Below, one piece after another: positions 45,903 through 54,903 of a DNA stretch of 64,000 nucleotides. The notes under the pieces are model-generated. The model worked only from the letters and a program-made list of their open reading frames with translations, had not been told where the DNA came from and made no database searches. Where the stretch lies: positions 3,215,573-3,279,572 of the forward strand of contig CALOCN010000014.1 of assembly GCA_942491735.1 (NCBI GenBank), written 5' to 3'. This stretch comes from Candidatus Eiseniibacteriota bacterium. GTDB taxonomy: Bacteria > Eisenbacteria > RBG-16-71-46 > JABDJR01. Within the stretch, counting starts at the first letter, position 1, and every line of letters begins with the position of its first letter. Position numbers and translations under genes: made by a program.

Positions 45903-45941
45903 GGGATTCCCTTGTCGTTCGAGGCCGTGGTCTGGGTTCCT

Positions 45942-45951
45942 GGGGGGGGGG
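45942..45951. repeat. homopolymer G10 tract
   Basis: Ten consecutive G in the divergent intergenic region, about 40 nt upstream of the nuclease start at 45902. Confidence 0.95.
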
Positions 45952-46060
45952 TGGCCCGGGAACGATAGCAGGCCAGCCGATCGGGCGTCCCTTGCCGGGG
46001 TTCCCCCGGGGACGTATCATTCCCGCTGGCTTTAACCCTCCCCAGGATCATGGAGAACGT

Positions 46061-46720
46061 ATGAACCGCTCGCTTGCCCGCCTCGCCCTGATTGCCCTTC
46101 TCGCCGCTGTCGTCACCGGATGCAGCGGGACGAGCACCAAATTTGCCGGCACCTGGCTGAACCCCGACTACACGGACGCCCACGTGGATGACGTCCTGGT
46201 CATCGCGGTGGCGGAAAGCGACGTCAACCGCCGCATCTACGAGTCCGCCCTGGTGGAACACCTCCAGGCCAATGGTGTGACCGCCCACCAGTCGGCTGCG
46301 CTCCTTCCTTCCAAGGAGATGCTGACCAAGGAAGAGGTGGTCAAGGTCATCGAGGAGAAGGGGATCGACGCCGTTCTGGTCTCCCGTCTGGTCGACATCA
46401 ACGAGAAGGAGACGTACGTGCCTCCTTCGACCTACGTGAGCGGCGGCTACTATCCCGGCTACGGCGCCCCGTACTACGGGTCGTACTACGGGTACTACTC
46501 CACCGGCTACAGCGTGGTGACCTCGCCGGGCTACACCTACACGGACGTGACGGTGACCCTGGAGACCAACCTCTACGACGCCAAGACCGAGGCCATCGCC
46601 TGGTCGGGTCAGTCCCAGACCTTCAACCCGAACGACGTCAACGACGTGATCACCCCCACCACGCGGATGATCGTGGACAAGCTGATCGACGACGGCCTCG
46701 TCGATCCCAAGAAGGAGTAG
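46061..46720 (+). CDS. lipoprotein (DUF4136-like), with Tyr/Gly-rich insert
   Basis: ATG at 46061 preceded by GGAGA. Lipobox VVTGC. The alpha/beta core has a YYPGYGAPYYGSYYGYYSTGY low-complexity stretch. The DUF4136 assignment is from memory only. Confidence 0.7.
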   Translation: MNRSLARLALIALLAAVVTGCSGTSTKFAGTWLNPDYTDAHVDDVLVIAVAESDVNRRIYESALVEHLQANGVTAHQSAALLPSKEMLTKEEVVKVIEEKGIDAVLVSRLVDINEKETYVPPSTYVSGGYYPGYGAPYYGSYYGYYSTGYSVVTSPGYTYTDVTVTLETNLYDAKTEAIAWSGQSQTFNPNDVNDVITPTTRMIVDKLIDDGLVDPKKE

Positions 46721-46745
46721 CTCCCGGCCCCGGAGACGTTCGGTC

Positions 46746-47129
46746 ATGACTTCAAGACTCTCGTTCGTTCTCCTCGCGGCGACGCTGATGGCGGTGGGGT
46801 GCGCCCCTTCAAGATCCAAGGGCATTTCCGAGGCCTCTCTCCTGAAGCGCCTCGGAGATGCCGGGTTGACCGTGGAACGGCTGGACCCGCCCACACTCCA
46901 ACCGGACCAGTTGCAGGCGCTCCCCTACGACCCGAGCACTGTCCTGGCCCTTGAGGTGTCGGACGGCCAAGGCAACCGCGAGGGGATGATCGCGGTCGAG
47001 CTCAAGGCCACCCAGGACACCGAACGGGTCAAGGGAGTCAACGGGTTCGGGGTGCGCAATTGGTACTTCCTGGGGATCGTCAGTACCCACATGCGGGACC
47101 GGGTCACCCTGGCCATCGGCACGGAGTAG
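46746..47129 (+). CDS. small lipoprotein, unknown function
   Basis: ATG start and lipobox LMAVGC. 127 aa. I do not recognise a family. Confidence 0.65.
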   Translation: MTSRLSFVLLAATLMAVGCAPSRSKGISEASLLKRLGDAGLTVERLDPPTLQPDQLQALPYDPSTVLALEVSDGQGNREGMIAVELKATQDTERVKGVNGFGVRNWYFLGIVSTHMRDRVTLAIGTE

Positions 47130-47148
47130 GCCCGAGGCGGGGCGCGGC

Positions 47149-48606
47149 ATGATCGATTCCGATCTTCTCCCCGCCATTGCCGGTTACATCGACGGGGCCT
47201 GGGCCGGGGCTCATGACCGGGACGCCTTTCCCGTGGTGAACCCTGCCACCCTCGAGGTCCTGGCCGAGGTTCCGGCCATGGGGTACGAGGAAACCAACCG
47301 CGCGGTGGCGGCCGCCCAGCGGGCCCTGGATCAACCCAGTACCCCGGACCAGCGAAGAGGCTGGCTGATCGCCCTGGCCGATTCCCTGGGTGAACACCGC
47401 GAGGAACTGGGCCGGCTCGTGACGCTGGAGAACGGCAAACCGCTGGATCAGGGCGTGGCCGAGGCGGACTACGCCGCCGGTTTCTTCCGCTTTGCCGCGG
47501 AGCATCTGCACACGCTGCTGTCCCACCCCGACCCGGGACGACTCGGCGCCCACGCCTGGAACGTGTACCTACGACCCGCCGGGGTGGCGGCGCTCATCAC
47601 TCCGTGGAACTTCCCCATCGCCATGGCGGCAAAGAAACTCTCCGCCGCCCTCGCCGCGGACTGCCCGGTGGTGATCAAACCCTCGGAGATCACCCCGCTC
47701 TCCATGATGGCCCTGGTCGCGCTCGGCGAGCGCATCGGTCTTCCGGCGGGGCGGCTCAATCTCGTGGTGGGTGCGCCCGAACGGATCGGCGCCGTCCTGT
47801 GCGAGCATGCCGCGGTGCGGGTAATCAGCTTCACCGGGTCCACCCGGGTGGGGCGCCACCTCATCCGGGCCACCGCGGCTTCGGTCAAACGCCTCTCCCT
47901 GGAGTTGGGAGGAAACGCCCCCTTCGTGGTCTTCGCCGACGCGGATCTGGATACCGCGGTGGACCATCTCGTGGGCAACAAGTTCAGGGCCAGTGGCCAG
48001 ACCTGCGTCTGTGCCAACCGGGTCCTGGTCCAACGATCGGTGCACGCCGCGTTCCGGGACCGTCTCGCCGCGCGCATCCGCACCCTTGTGACCGGCAACG
48101 GGATGGAGACCGGTGTCCACGTGGGTCCGCTCATCAACCGGGAGAGCCTGGAAAAGGTGGAGCGCCACCTCGCCGACGCCCTGGGCCGGGGAGCGATCGA
48201 GGTCACCCGCGGCGCACCCGCCCCGGTGGATCTTCCCGGGCACTTCATGCCGCCCGTACTCCTCGACGAAGTGACCGGCTCCATGGCCTGCGCCCGCGAG
48301 GAGACCTTCGGGCCGCTCGTGCCGCTCATGGTGTTTGACGGGGAGGAGGAGGCCCTGGCCCGTTGCAACGAGACGGAGCACGGCCTTGCCGCCTATCTCT
48401 TCACCGGAGATGCGGCGCGGGTGGATCGCCTGCTTCCGGCCCTGCGCTTTGGTCATGTCGGGGTGAACTCGGGCACGGGCCCCACTCCACAGGCACCGTT
48501 CGGGGGCATGAAGCAGTCCGGTTACGGCCGCGAGGGGGGGTTCGAGGGAATCCGCGAGTTCCTCGAACTGCAGACCGTGGCCCGGGCCGGGCCTAGCGGC
48601 TCTTGA
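47149..48606 (+). CDS. gabD: NAD(P)-dependent succinate-semialdehyde dehydrogenase-like aldehyde dehydrogenase
   Basis: ALDH motifs ITPWNFP, LELGGNAPFVVF (catalytic Glu), GQTCVCANRVLV (catalytic Cys) and EETFGP. Overall similarity is to GabD-type enzymes. Substrate is not certain. Confidence 0.85.
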   Translation: MIDSDLLPAIAGYIDGAWAGAHDRDAFPVVNPATLEVLAEVPAMGYEETNRAVAAAQRALDQPSTPDQRRGWLIALADSLGEHREELGRLVTLENGKPLDQGVAEADYAAGFFRFAAEHLHTLLSHPDPGRLGAHAWNVYLRPAGVAALITPWNFPIAMAAKKLSAALAADCPVVIKPSEITPLSMMALVALGERIGLPAGRLNLVVGAPERIGAVLCEHAAVRVISFTGSTRVGRHLIRATAASVKRLSLELGGNAPFVVFADADLDTAVDHLVGNKFRASGQTCVCANRVLVQRSVHAAFRDRLAARIRTLVTGNGMETGVHVGPLINRESLEKVERHLADALGRGAIEVTRGAPAPVDLPGHFMPPVLLDEVTGSMACAREETFGPLVPLMVFDGEEEALARCNETEHGLAAYLFTGDAARVDRLLPALRFGHVGVNSGTGPTPQAPFGGMKQSGYGREGGFEGIREFLELQTVARAGPSGS

Positions 48607-49489
48607 TGAACGTCCCGTCCTGAAGCTCCTGGAATGCGGTGCGCAGTTCCTCCTGGGTGTTCATGACGATCGGACCCCGCCAGGCCACCGGCTCGCGGAT
48701 GGGACGCCCCGAGACGAAGAGGAACCGGACGCCCTCGTCGCCGGTGCGGACACGAATGGCATCACCCGAGTCGAAGAGCACCAGGGATCGATTGCCCACC
48801 GGACCAACCGGTGCCTCCCCCACCGTTTCCGTAGCCACCTCACGGGGATCCGAGGCATCGTCGAACGAAGCCGCGCCCTCGAAGACGTAGGCGAAGGCGT
48901 TGTCGCGGGTGTCCACCGGCAACGTGCGGTCGTGGCCCGGGGGAACCCACACATCCAGGTAGCGCGGTCCGGCCGCGATCCCTTCCACCGGGCCGGACTG
49001 GCCCCAGAAGTCCCCGCACAACACGCGCACCCGGGTGCCGTCGTCCTCGGTCACTTCGGGGATCGCGGTGGCGGGAACGTCCTGGTAACGGGGATCGGTC
49101 ATCTTGAGCGAGGAGGGAAGGTTGGCCCACAGTTGGAACCCGTGCATCCGCCCGGCATCGTCTCCCTCGGGCATCTCCTGATGGATGATGCCGCTCCCCG
49201 CGGTCATCCACTGCACGTCTCCCGCCCCCAGGGAACCGTGGTTGCCCAGGCTATCCCCGTGCGCGACGGATCCGGCCAGGACATAGGTGATGGTCTCGAT
49301 GCCCCGGTGCGGGTGCCAGGGGAAACCCGCCTTGTACTTCTCGGGGGAGTCGTTGCGGAAGTCGTCCAGGAGCAGGAACGGATCGAAGTCCTCGGTCTTC
49401 CCGAAACCGAAAGCCCGGCGCAGGTGGACGCCGGCCCCCTCCAGGGTGGGTTCGGACTGGGTCACGCGTCTGAGCGGGCGAACGGACAT
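48593..49489 (-). CDS. pirin-family protein
   Basis: ATG at 49489 preceded by AAGGAG. Cupin metal motif GFPWHPHRGIETITYVLAG..AHGDS and HGFQLWANLP. Confidence 0.9.
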   Translation of the reverse strand: MSVRPLRRVTQSEPTLEGAGVHLRRAFGFGKTEDFDPFLLLDDFRNDSPEKYKAGFPWHPHRGIETITYVLAGSVAHGDSLGNHGSLGAGDVQWMTAGSGIIHQEMPEGDDAGRMHGFQLWANLPSSLKMTDPRYQDVPATAIPEVTEDDGTRVRVLCGDFWGQSGPVEGIAAGPRYLDVWVPPGHDRTLPVDTRDNAFAYVFEGAASFDDASDPREVATETVGEAPVGPVGNRSLVLFDSGDAIRVRTGDEGVRFLFVSGRPIREPVAWRGPIVMNTQEELRTAFQELQDGTFIKSR

Positions 49490-49622
49490 GGGAACTCCTT
49501 GGGCGAGTTGTAGGACAGGCACCCCCACTCTACCCCAATCCGCCGGAGACATTCCGTGGCCTGTTTCCGACCACCGTTGCGCGTTACTGGAGGAACACCA
49601 ACCCGGTCACCGGAGGCCTGCC

Positions 49623-51866
49623 ATGTCGACTCGCAACGATCTCCCCCCTTTCCGAACCGAACCGGGGCCCTTGACTCGCCCGCTCGTTCGGGTCGCCCTC
49701 GCGATCACCACCCTTTGCCTCGCCATCGCAGCGCCACAGGCCCAGGGGGCTCCCGGAGTCCGGGGGTCCGGCAGCGCCGAGGGAGAGGGGGCGTCGGTGG
49801 TCCTCCCCGACTTCACCGTGGGCAACTCCAGTGATCGGGTCCTGCTGGTCGGGATATCCACCGAGAGCGGAGGCCGTGTGGCCAGCGTGACTTTCGGTGG
49901 CCAGGCGTTTACCAGCGGAAACCTTTTTGGGGATGCCTTTTGCGACGGCAACCTCTGCATCAGTCAGCACGGCTTCCGCGCCGAAATCTGGAGCCTGGCC
50001 GATCCAGACGCCCAGACCGCGGACATCACGGTCACCTTTGCTTCCGGATCCCATCCCGCCGTCGTGGGTGCGGTCTGGTACGACTGCGTGGATACGGCCC
50101 AGCCGGTCAGCGTGGGGAACACGGGGGTCGTTCCCTCCGGGAATGCGGTGTCCCTGACCGTGAACGGCATGGAAGCCACGGACGAAACCTTCAGCGTGCT
50201 CTCGACCAAGAAGCTGAATCTGCTCAACCAGCAACCCTACATCCAGGATCCGGCCGGTCACGCCAAGATCTACCAGTCGATCTCGGCAACCGAGGATCTT
50301 CTGGGTGCGGGAGCCACCGGGCCGGGTGCGGACCCCCTCTCCCTGACCTGGCGCTGGAACACGGTCAGCAACGGCGTTGTCCACCCCGGTGTGGCGGCCA
50401 CGGTCAACGTGCGTGCCCGAGCAAACACCGCTCCCGGCTCACCTTCACTGAACCCGGCAACGGTCAGTTCGGGGTCGCCTCCCGGCACCCCGATCGGCAC
50501 CCTCTCCGCTACGGACGCCGAGGGGGATACGCCCCTGTCGTTCGCCCTCGTTTCCGGTCCGGGAGACACCGACAACGGGCTCTTCAGCATTTCCGGAACC
50601 GAACTGCGCGTCGCCGCCTCGCCGGGGGCCCCCGGCCCCCGCAGTGCCCGGATCCGTGTCACCGACACCAAGGGAGCCTCCACCGAGGGCGTCATTGCCT
50701 TGACGGTGACTCCGAACAACCCGCCGACCGGGATGACCCTCTCTTCGACCTCCATCGACGAGGGCCTTCCCCTGGCCTCGATCGTGGGCACCCTGGATAC
50801 CCAGGATCCGGATGCCACCGATAGCCACACCTACACCCTGGTGTCCGGTTCCGGGGATAGCGACAACGCGTTCTTCGGCATCGCGGGGAACGCCCTCGTC
50901 TCCGCGGCCATGTTCGACTTCGAGACGCGGGACCAATACAGCGTCCGGCTTCGCACTACCGACAGCGGGGGCCTGTTTGTCGAGGAGACCTTCACCATCG
51001 ACGTCAACGACGTCAACGAGCCGCCGCTCGCCCTGGCCGGGCCGGATTGGGAGGTCCTCCTGGGAACATCCATCCTCTTTGATGGGTCGGCATCCACCGA
51101 TCCGGAGAACAACATCGCCACCTATGACTGGGACTTCGGTGATGCGACCACCGGAACCGGTGCGGTGGTGAACCACCTCTACCTTGCCGCTGCAATGGTG
51201 ACGGTCACCCTCACCGTCACCGACTCGGGAGGGTTGAGCGACAGCGATGTCGCGCAGGTGCACATCAAGTCGGCGGCGGAGGCGGCGGAGGAACTGGCCG
51301 AGGCGGTCGAGCAGCTCGACCTGCCGGCCGGCCTCACCGGTGCACTGAGCGCCAAGCTGCTTTCGGCAAGGTCATCCTATGAGAGTGACCGGTACCTGCC
51401 TGCGTTGAACACGATGAACGCCTTCATCAACCAGGTGGAAGCCAAACGCGGGAAGAGTCTCACCGACTCCCAGGCGGACGCTCTCGTCGCCGATGCCCTG
51501 GCCATTATCGCGAGCATCCAGTTCGCCATGGCCCAGGACGCCATGACCGCGGGTTCGACGGTTCCCGGGCTTGTCCCGAGTCAAAGGGAGCCATCGACAG
51601 GCATCGCCCCCGCCCTGGGTCCGAACGCTCCCAACCCGTTCCGGACGGAGACCCGCATCGAGTGGTCGTTACCCCAGCCGGGAGCGGTGAGCCTCAGGGT
51701 CTACGACATCCTGGGTCGGGAAGTCGCGGTCCTGGTCGAAGGGCCGCAACCGGCCGGACACCACGTGACCCGGTTTGCTGCCGGCGACCTTCCGGGGGGC
51801 GTCTACTTCTACCGTTTCCGGGCCGGGGACATCACGGAGACGCGACGCATGGTGGTTCTGCGCTGA
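49623..51866 (+). CDS. secreted cadherin-like/PKD-domain adhesin with FlgD-Ig/T9SS-type C-terminal domain
   Basis: I chose the internal ATG at 49623. Signal peptide (LCLAIAAPQAQGA). Two cadherin-like repeats (ATDAEGDTPLSFALVSGPGDTDNGLFSI; DPDATDSHTYTLVSGSGDSDNAFFGI...FDFETRDQYSVRLRTTDSGG...DVNDVNEPP). PKD signature (YDWDFGDATTG...VTLTVTDSGGLS). C-terminal domain PNPFRTETRIEWSL...GVYFYRFRAGDITETRRMVVLR. Confidence 0.85.
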   Translation: MSTRNDLPPFRTEPGPLTRPLVRVALAITTLCLAIAAPQAQGAPGVRGSGSAEGEGASVVLPDFTVGNSSDRVLLVGISTESGGRVASVTFGGQAFTSGNLFGDAFCDGNLCISQHGFRAEIWSLADPDAQTADITVTFASGSHPAVVGAVWYDCVDTAQPVSVGNTGVVPSGNAVSLTVNGMEATDETFSVLSTKKLNLLNQQPYIQDPAGHAKIYQSISATEDLLGAGATGPGADPLSLTWRWNTVSNGVVHPGVAATVNVRARANTAPGSPSLNPATVSSGSPPGTPIGTLSATDAEGDTPLSFALVSGPGDTDNGLFSISGTELRVAASPGAPGPRSARIRVTDTKGASTEGVIALTVTPNNPPTGMTLSSTSIDEGLPLASIVGTLDTQDPDATDSHTYTLVSGSGDSDNAFFGIAGNALVSAAMFDFETRDQYSVRLRTTDSGGLFVEETFTIDVNDVNEPPLALAGPDWEVLLGTSILFDGSASTDPENNIATYDWDFGDATTGTGAVVNHLYLAAAMVTVTLTVTDSGGLSDSDVAQVHIKSAAEAAEELAEAVEQLDLPAGLTGALSAKLLSARSSYESDRYLPALNTMNAFINQVEAKRGKSLTDSQADALVADALAIIASIQFAMAQDAMTAGSTVPGLVPSQREPSTGIAPALGPNAPNPFRTETRIEWSLPQPGAVSLRVYDILGREVAVLVEGPQPAGHHVTRFAAGDLPGGVYFYRFRAGDITETRRMVVLR

Positions 51867-51888
51867 GATGACGCGCCCCTGTTAGACT

Positions 51889-51922
51889 GGCGAACCCGGG
51901 AGGAGAATTTCCCGGGTTCGCC
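51889..51922 (+). terminator. stem-loop after adhesin gene
   Basis: Perfect 12-bp inverted repeat GGCGAACCCGGG-aggagaattt-CCCGGGTTCGCC, 23 nt after the stop. The U-tract is weak. Confidence 0.5.
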
Positions 51923-51940
51923 TTCCCGGGACGCTTTGAA

Positions 51941-53149
51941 TTGACTGAACCGACTCCATCCCCTCACACCCACTACGTCAATGCCGGCTTCGATCTTGGA
52001 TTGCGTCCCCGGGGTACCTGGGAGACGCAGCCGGCCCTCGTGCGCCAGGTACGGGAACTCTCGTCCCAGGCGTTGTTGGGAGCCGAGCCGGGTGACAGCG
52101 CCATGCTGCTGGACACCGTCCCGGACTCGTATCTCGACTATCTGGAGCAACGCGGGATCACCGTCCCCCGGGTGTGCCTCCATCCGCACCTCGACCCGGA
52201 GAGCCGGCTCTCCCCTTTTGGCTGGAGCGCCGAGGCGATGGCTCTCAATGCAAGGCAACGGGTTCCCGCGCACCACCCACCGCTGGAGGTCGTGGCCCGG
52301 GTGAATGCGAGAAGCTTCAGCCTCGGGGTCGAGCAACGACTGGATCCGCACGCTGGGGGAAGCGCGGTCGTCCACGACCTGGGCAGCCTCGAAGCCGCGG
52401 TCTCGGCCCCGGCGACCCCGGAGGGATGGGTGCTCAAGGCGGAGCACGCGAACTCGGGGCTGGGAAACCGACGCATCCGGGGACCGGGACTCTCGCCCTC
52501 CGATCGTCGCTTCGCGCAGCGGGTCCTGGAGGAGGACGACCGGCTGGTGGTGGAGCCCTGGCTCCCCCGGGAGCGCGACCTGTGCATGGTGTTCGGGGTC
52601 CCGTTCTCGGAGGCCGGTTTCCGGGCGCACGAGATCGCCAATACCCGCGAGGGCGCCCTGATCGGTGCGCTGTTCGAACCGGCCGGCCCTGGCGACCCGT
52701 TGCTGGAGAGACTGCGGCCCGCGGCCCGCGCCGTCGCGCGCGAGTTGCATGCGGCCGGCTATTTCGGTCCGGCGGGGGTGGACGCGTTTCTCTGGCGGGA
52801 CGGCCCGCGCTCCCGGTTGCGCCCGGTGGTGGACATCAACGCAAGACGGTCCATGTCCGATGGAGCCCACCGCCTGTGGCGGCGCCTTGCTCCCGAGAAG
52901 GTCGCCTACTTCCGTTTCTTCAGCACCCGCAAGCTCACCCTGCCCGACACGCTGGAGGCGACCGTGCGGGCCCTGGGCCAACACGACGTTCCCGGCCCCC
53001 ATAGCCCGGGAATCCTTCTCGCCTCCCCCCTGCGCATGGGATCCGGCAAGGGCATGCCGCTCTCCCGGATCGCGGTGATGTTTCTCGGGGCGAACCGATC
53101 CGAGGTGTCCACCCTGGAGGCATGGTTCCGTGAACACTTCGAGAACTGA
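51941..53149 (+). CDS. ATP-grasp-fold-like protein, function unknown
   Basis: Collinear ATP-grasp-like blocks: WVLKAEHANSGLGNR (Lys/Gly-rich loop), LVVEPWL, DLCMVF, GYFGPAGVDAF and VVDINAR. The TTG start is uncertain and has no clear SD. Confidence 0.5.
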   Translation: MTEPTPSPHTHYVNAGFDLGLRPRGTWETQPALVRQVRELSSQALLGAEPGDSAMLLDTVPDSYLDYLEQRGITVPRVCLHPHLDPESRLSPFGWSAEAMALNARQRVPAHHPPLEVVARVNARSFSLGVEQRLDPHAGGSAVVHDLGSLEAAVSAPATPEGWVLKAEHANSGLGNRRIRGPGLSPSDRRFAQRVLEEDDRLVVEPWLPRERDLCMVFGVPFSEAGFRAHEIANTREGALIGALFEPAGPGDPLLERLRPAARAVARELHAAGYFGPAGVDAFLWRDGPRSRLRPVVDINARRSMSDGAHRLWRRLAPEKVAYFRFFSTRKLTLPDTLEATVRALGQHDVPGPHSPGILLASPLRMGSGKGMPLSRIAVMFLGANRSEVSTLEAWFREHFEN

Positions 53150-54090
53150 TCCCACGATCCGGCTGCTGGTCCTGGTCGGCCCCACCGCTTCCGGCAAGAC
53201 GACGCTGGGAGTGGAGGTCGCCCACGCGCTGCGCTCCGAGATCGTCTCGGCGGACTCGCGCCAGGTCTATCGGGGACTGGATATCGGTTCGGGCAAGGAC
53301 CTCGAAACCTATGCTTCGGTCGCGCCGCCGGTCCCCTACCATCTGATCGATGTCGCGGACCCGACGGACATCTATTCCGTCTACCACTACCAGCGTGACT
53401 GCTACGCCCTGTTGGAATCCAGGGCCCCCGTGACGCCCTACCGCGAGGGGCGCCCCCTCGTCATGGTGGGAGGCACCGGGCTGCTGGTGGAGGCGGTGCT
53501 GCGCGGCTATCGCATCCCGCACGTACCCGAGAACGAGGCGCTGCGTGAACAGCTCATGACCCGGTCCCGCGAGGATCTGATCCGGGAGTTGGGGGAACTG
53601 GATGCAACACGGCTCGCCGCCACGGACTGCAGCACCCGGAAACGCGTGGTTCGCGCCATCGAGATCGCCACCTATGCGAAGGACCACACCCTGGTCACCA
53701 GTCCTCCCCCCCCGGTACGGGTGGTAGCCGGCCATCTACGCCCTCGACGTCCCCCGGGACGCGTTGTACCGCAACATCGACACGCGACTGGAAGCCCGTC
53801 TCGGGGAGGGGATGATCGAGGAGGTCGAGGGACTCCTCGCCGCCGGTCTCCCCCCGGCGCGCCTGCGCCAACTGGGGCTCGAGTACCGGGAAGTTGCCGA
53901 CTACCTCACCGGGGTCAAGGGGCGCGAGGCGATGGTGACGGATCTGCGGCGCGGGATCCGGCAACTCGCCAAACGCCAACGCACCTGGTTCCGGGGGCTT
54001 CCCAAACGCGGCCTCGACGTCACCTGGATCGATCCGCGGGACCGGGATCGACTCGTTGAACACGCGTGGACGCCACTCCCGGGACAGTAG
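53130..54090 (+). pseudogene. miaA: tRNA dimethylallyltransferase gene interrupted by a frameshift
   Basis: The N-terminal part lies in the frame of ORF 53130-54059: P-loop LVGPTASGKT, SADSRQVYRGLDIGSGK, MVGGTGL. The C-terminal part lies in the frame of ORF 53764-54090 and can be extended upstream to 53728: IYALDVPRDALYRNIDTRLEARL...QLAKRQRTWFR. The junction is at about 53728-53733 (gccggcc) and implies one extra base or two missing bases. Confidence 0.85.
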
Positions 54091-54146
54091 GGTGCTGTGC
54101 TAGGCTGCGGCTCCCGGGCCTTCCAACCCTTTCCTGAGGTATCCAA

Positions 54147-54893
54147 GTGCGCACATTCCTTCTCGCGCCGCTCCTGATTCTCCTTTCCCTTCCCGTGCAG
54201 GCCGCCGACCCGGCGGATCGCGTTCAGGTCAACCCGGACTCCGATCCGGAGGCCATCGAACTGGCCCAGTCCGTCATGGAGGCCATGGGTGGATGGGACA
54301 ACTGGGATGCGACCCGCTACGTGAGCTGGTCGATGTTCGGGGGGCGCCGTCACTGGTGGGATCGCCAGACCGGGGACATCCGAATCGAAATGGAGAGCGC
54401 CCTGATCCTCATGAACGTCAACACCCTCGAGGGTCGGGTCTGGGAGGAGGGTGAGGAAATCGTCCACCCGGACAGCCTGGCGCTACGTACCGAGCAGGGA
54501 CACCGGATCTGGGTCAACGACTCCTACTGGATGTTCATGCCCTACAAGCTGCTGGATCCGGGAGTGACCCTCAAGTCCGGTGGCGCCTCGTCCCTGGAGG
54601 ATGGTCGTGCGGCCAAGGTCCTGGTGCTCACTTTCGGGGACGGCACGGGGTACACCCCGCAGAACAAGTACGACGTGTTCGTCGCCGACGACACGGGGCT
54701 GGTGGAACAGTGGGCGTTCTACCGGAACGCTACCGATCCGGAGCCGGGCTTCACCATGCCCTGGGCCGATTGGGCGCAGTTCGGATCCATCATGCTTTCG
54801 CGGAGCCGGGGCCGCGACAAGGACTGGAACATCGCCGTGCACGAGAGTCTGCCGGCGTCCGTGTTCAACAGCCCGGAGCCGGTCACGCCCTAG
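54147..54893 (+). CDS. secreted hypothetical protein
   Basis: GTG start and signal peptide (LLILLSLPVQA/AD). Trp-rich, 248 aa. I do not recognise a family. Confidence 0.65.
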   Translation: MRTFLLAPLLILLSLPVQAADPADRVQVNPDSDPEAIELAQSVMEAMGGWDNWDATRYVSWSMFGGRRHWWDRQTGDIRIEMESALILMNVNTLEGRVWEEGEEIVHPDSLALRTEQGHRIWVNDSYWMFMPYKLLDPGVTLKSGGASSLEDGRAAKVLVLTFGDGTGYTPQNKYDVFVADDTGLVEQWAFYRNATDPEPGFTMPWADWAQFGSIMLSRSRGRDKDWNIAVHESLPASVFNSPEPVTP

Positions 54894-54903
54894 CCTCCCC
54901 CCC

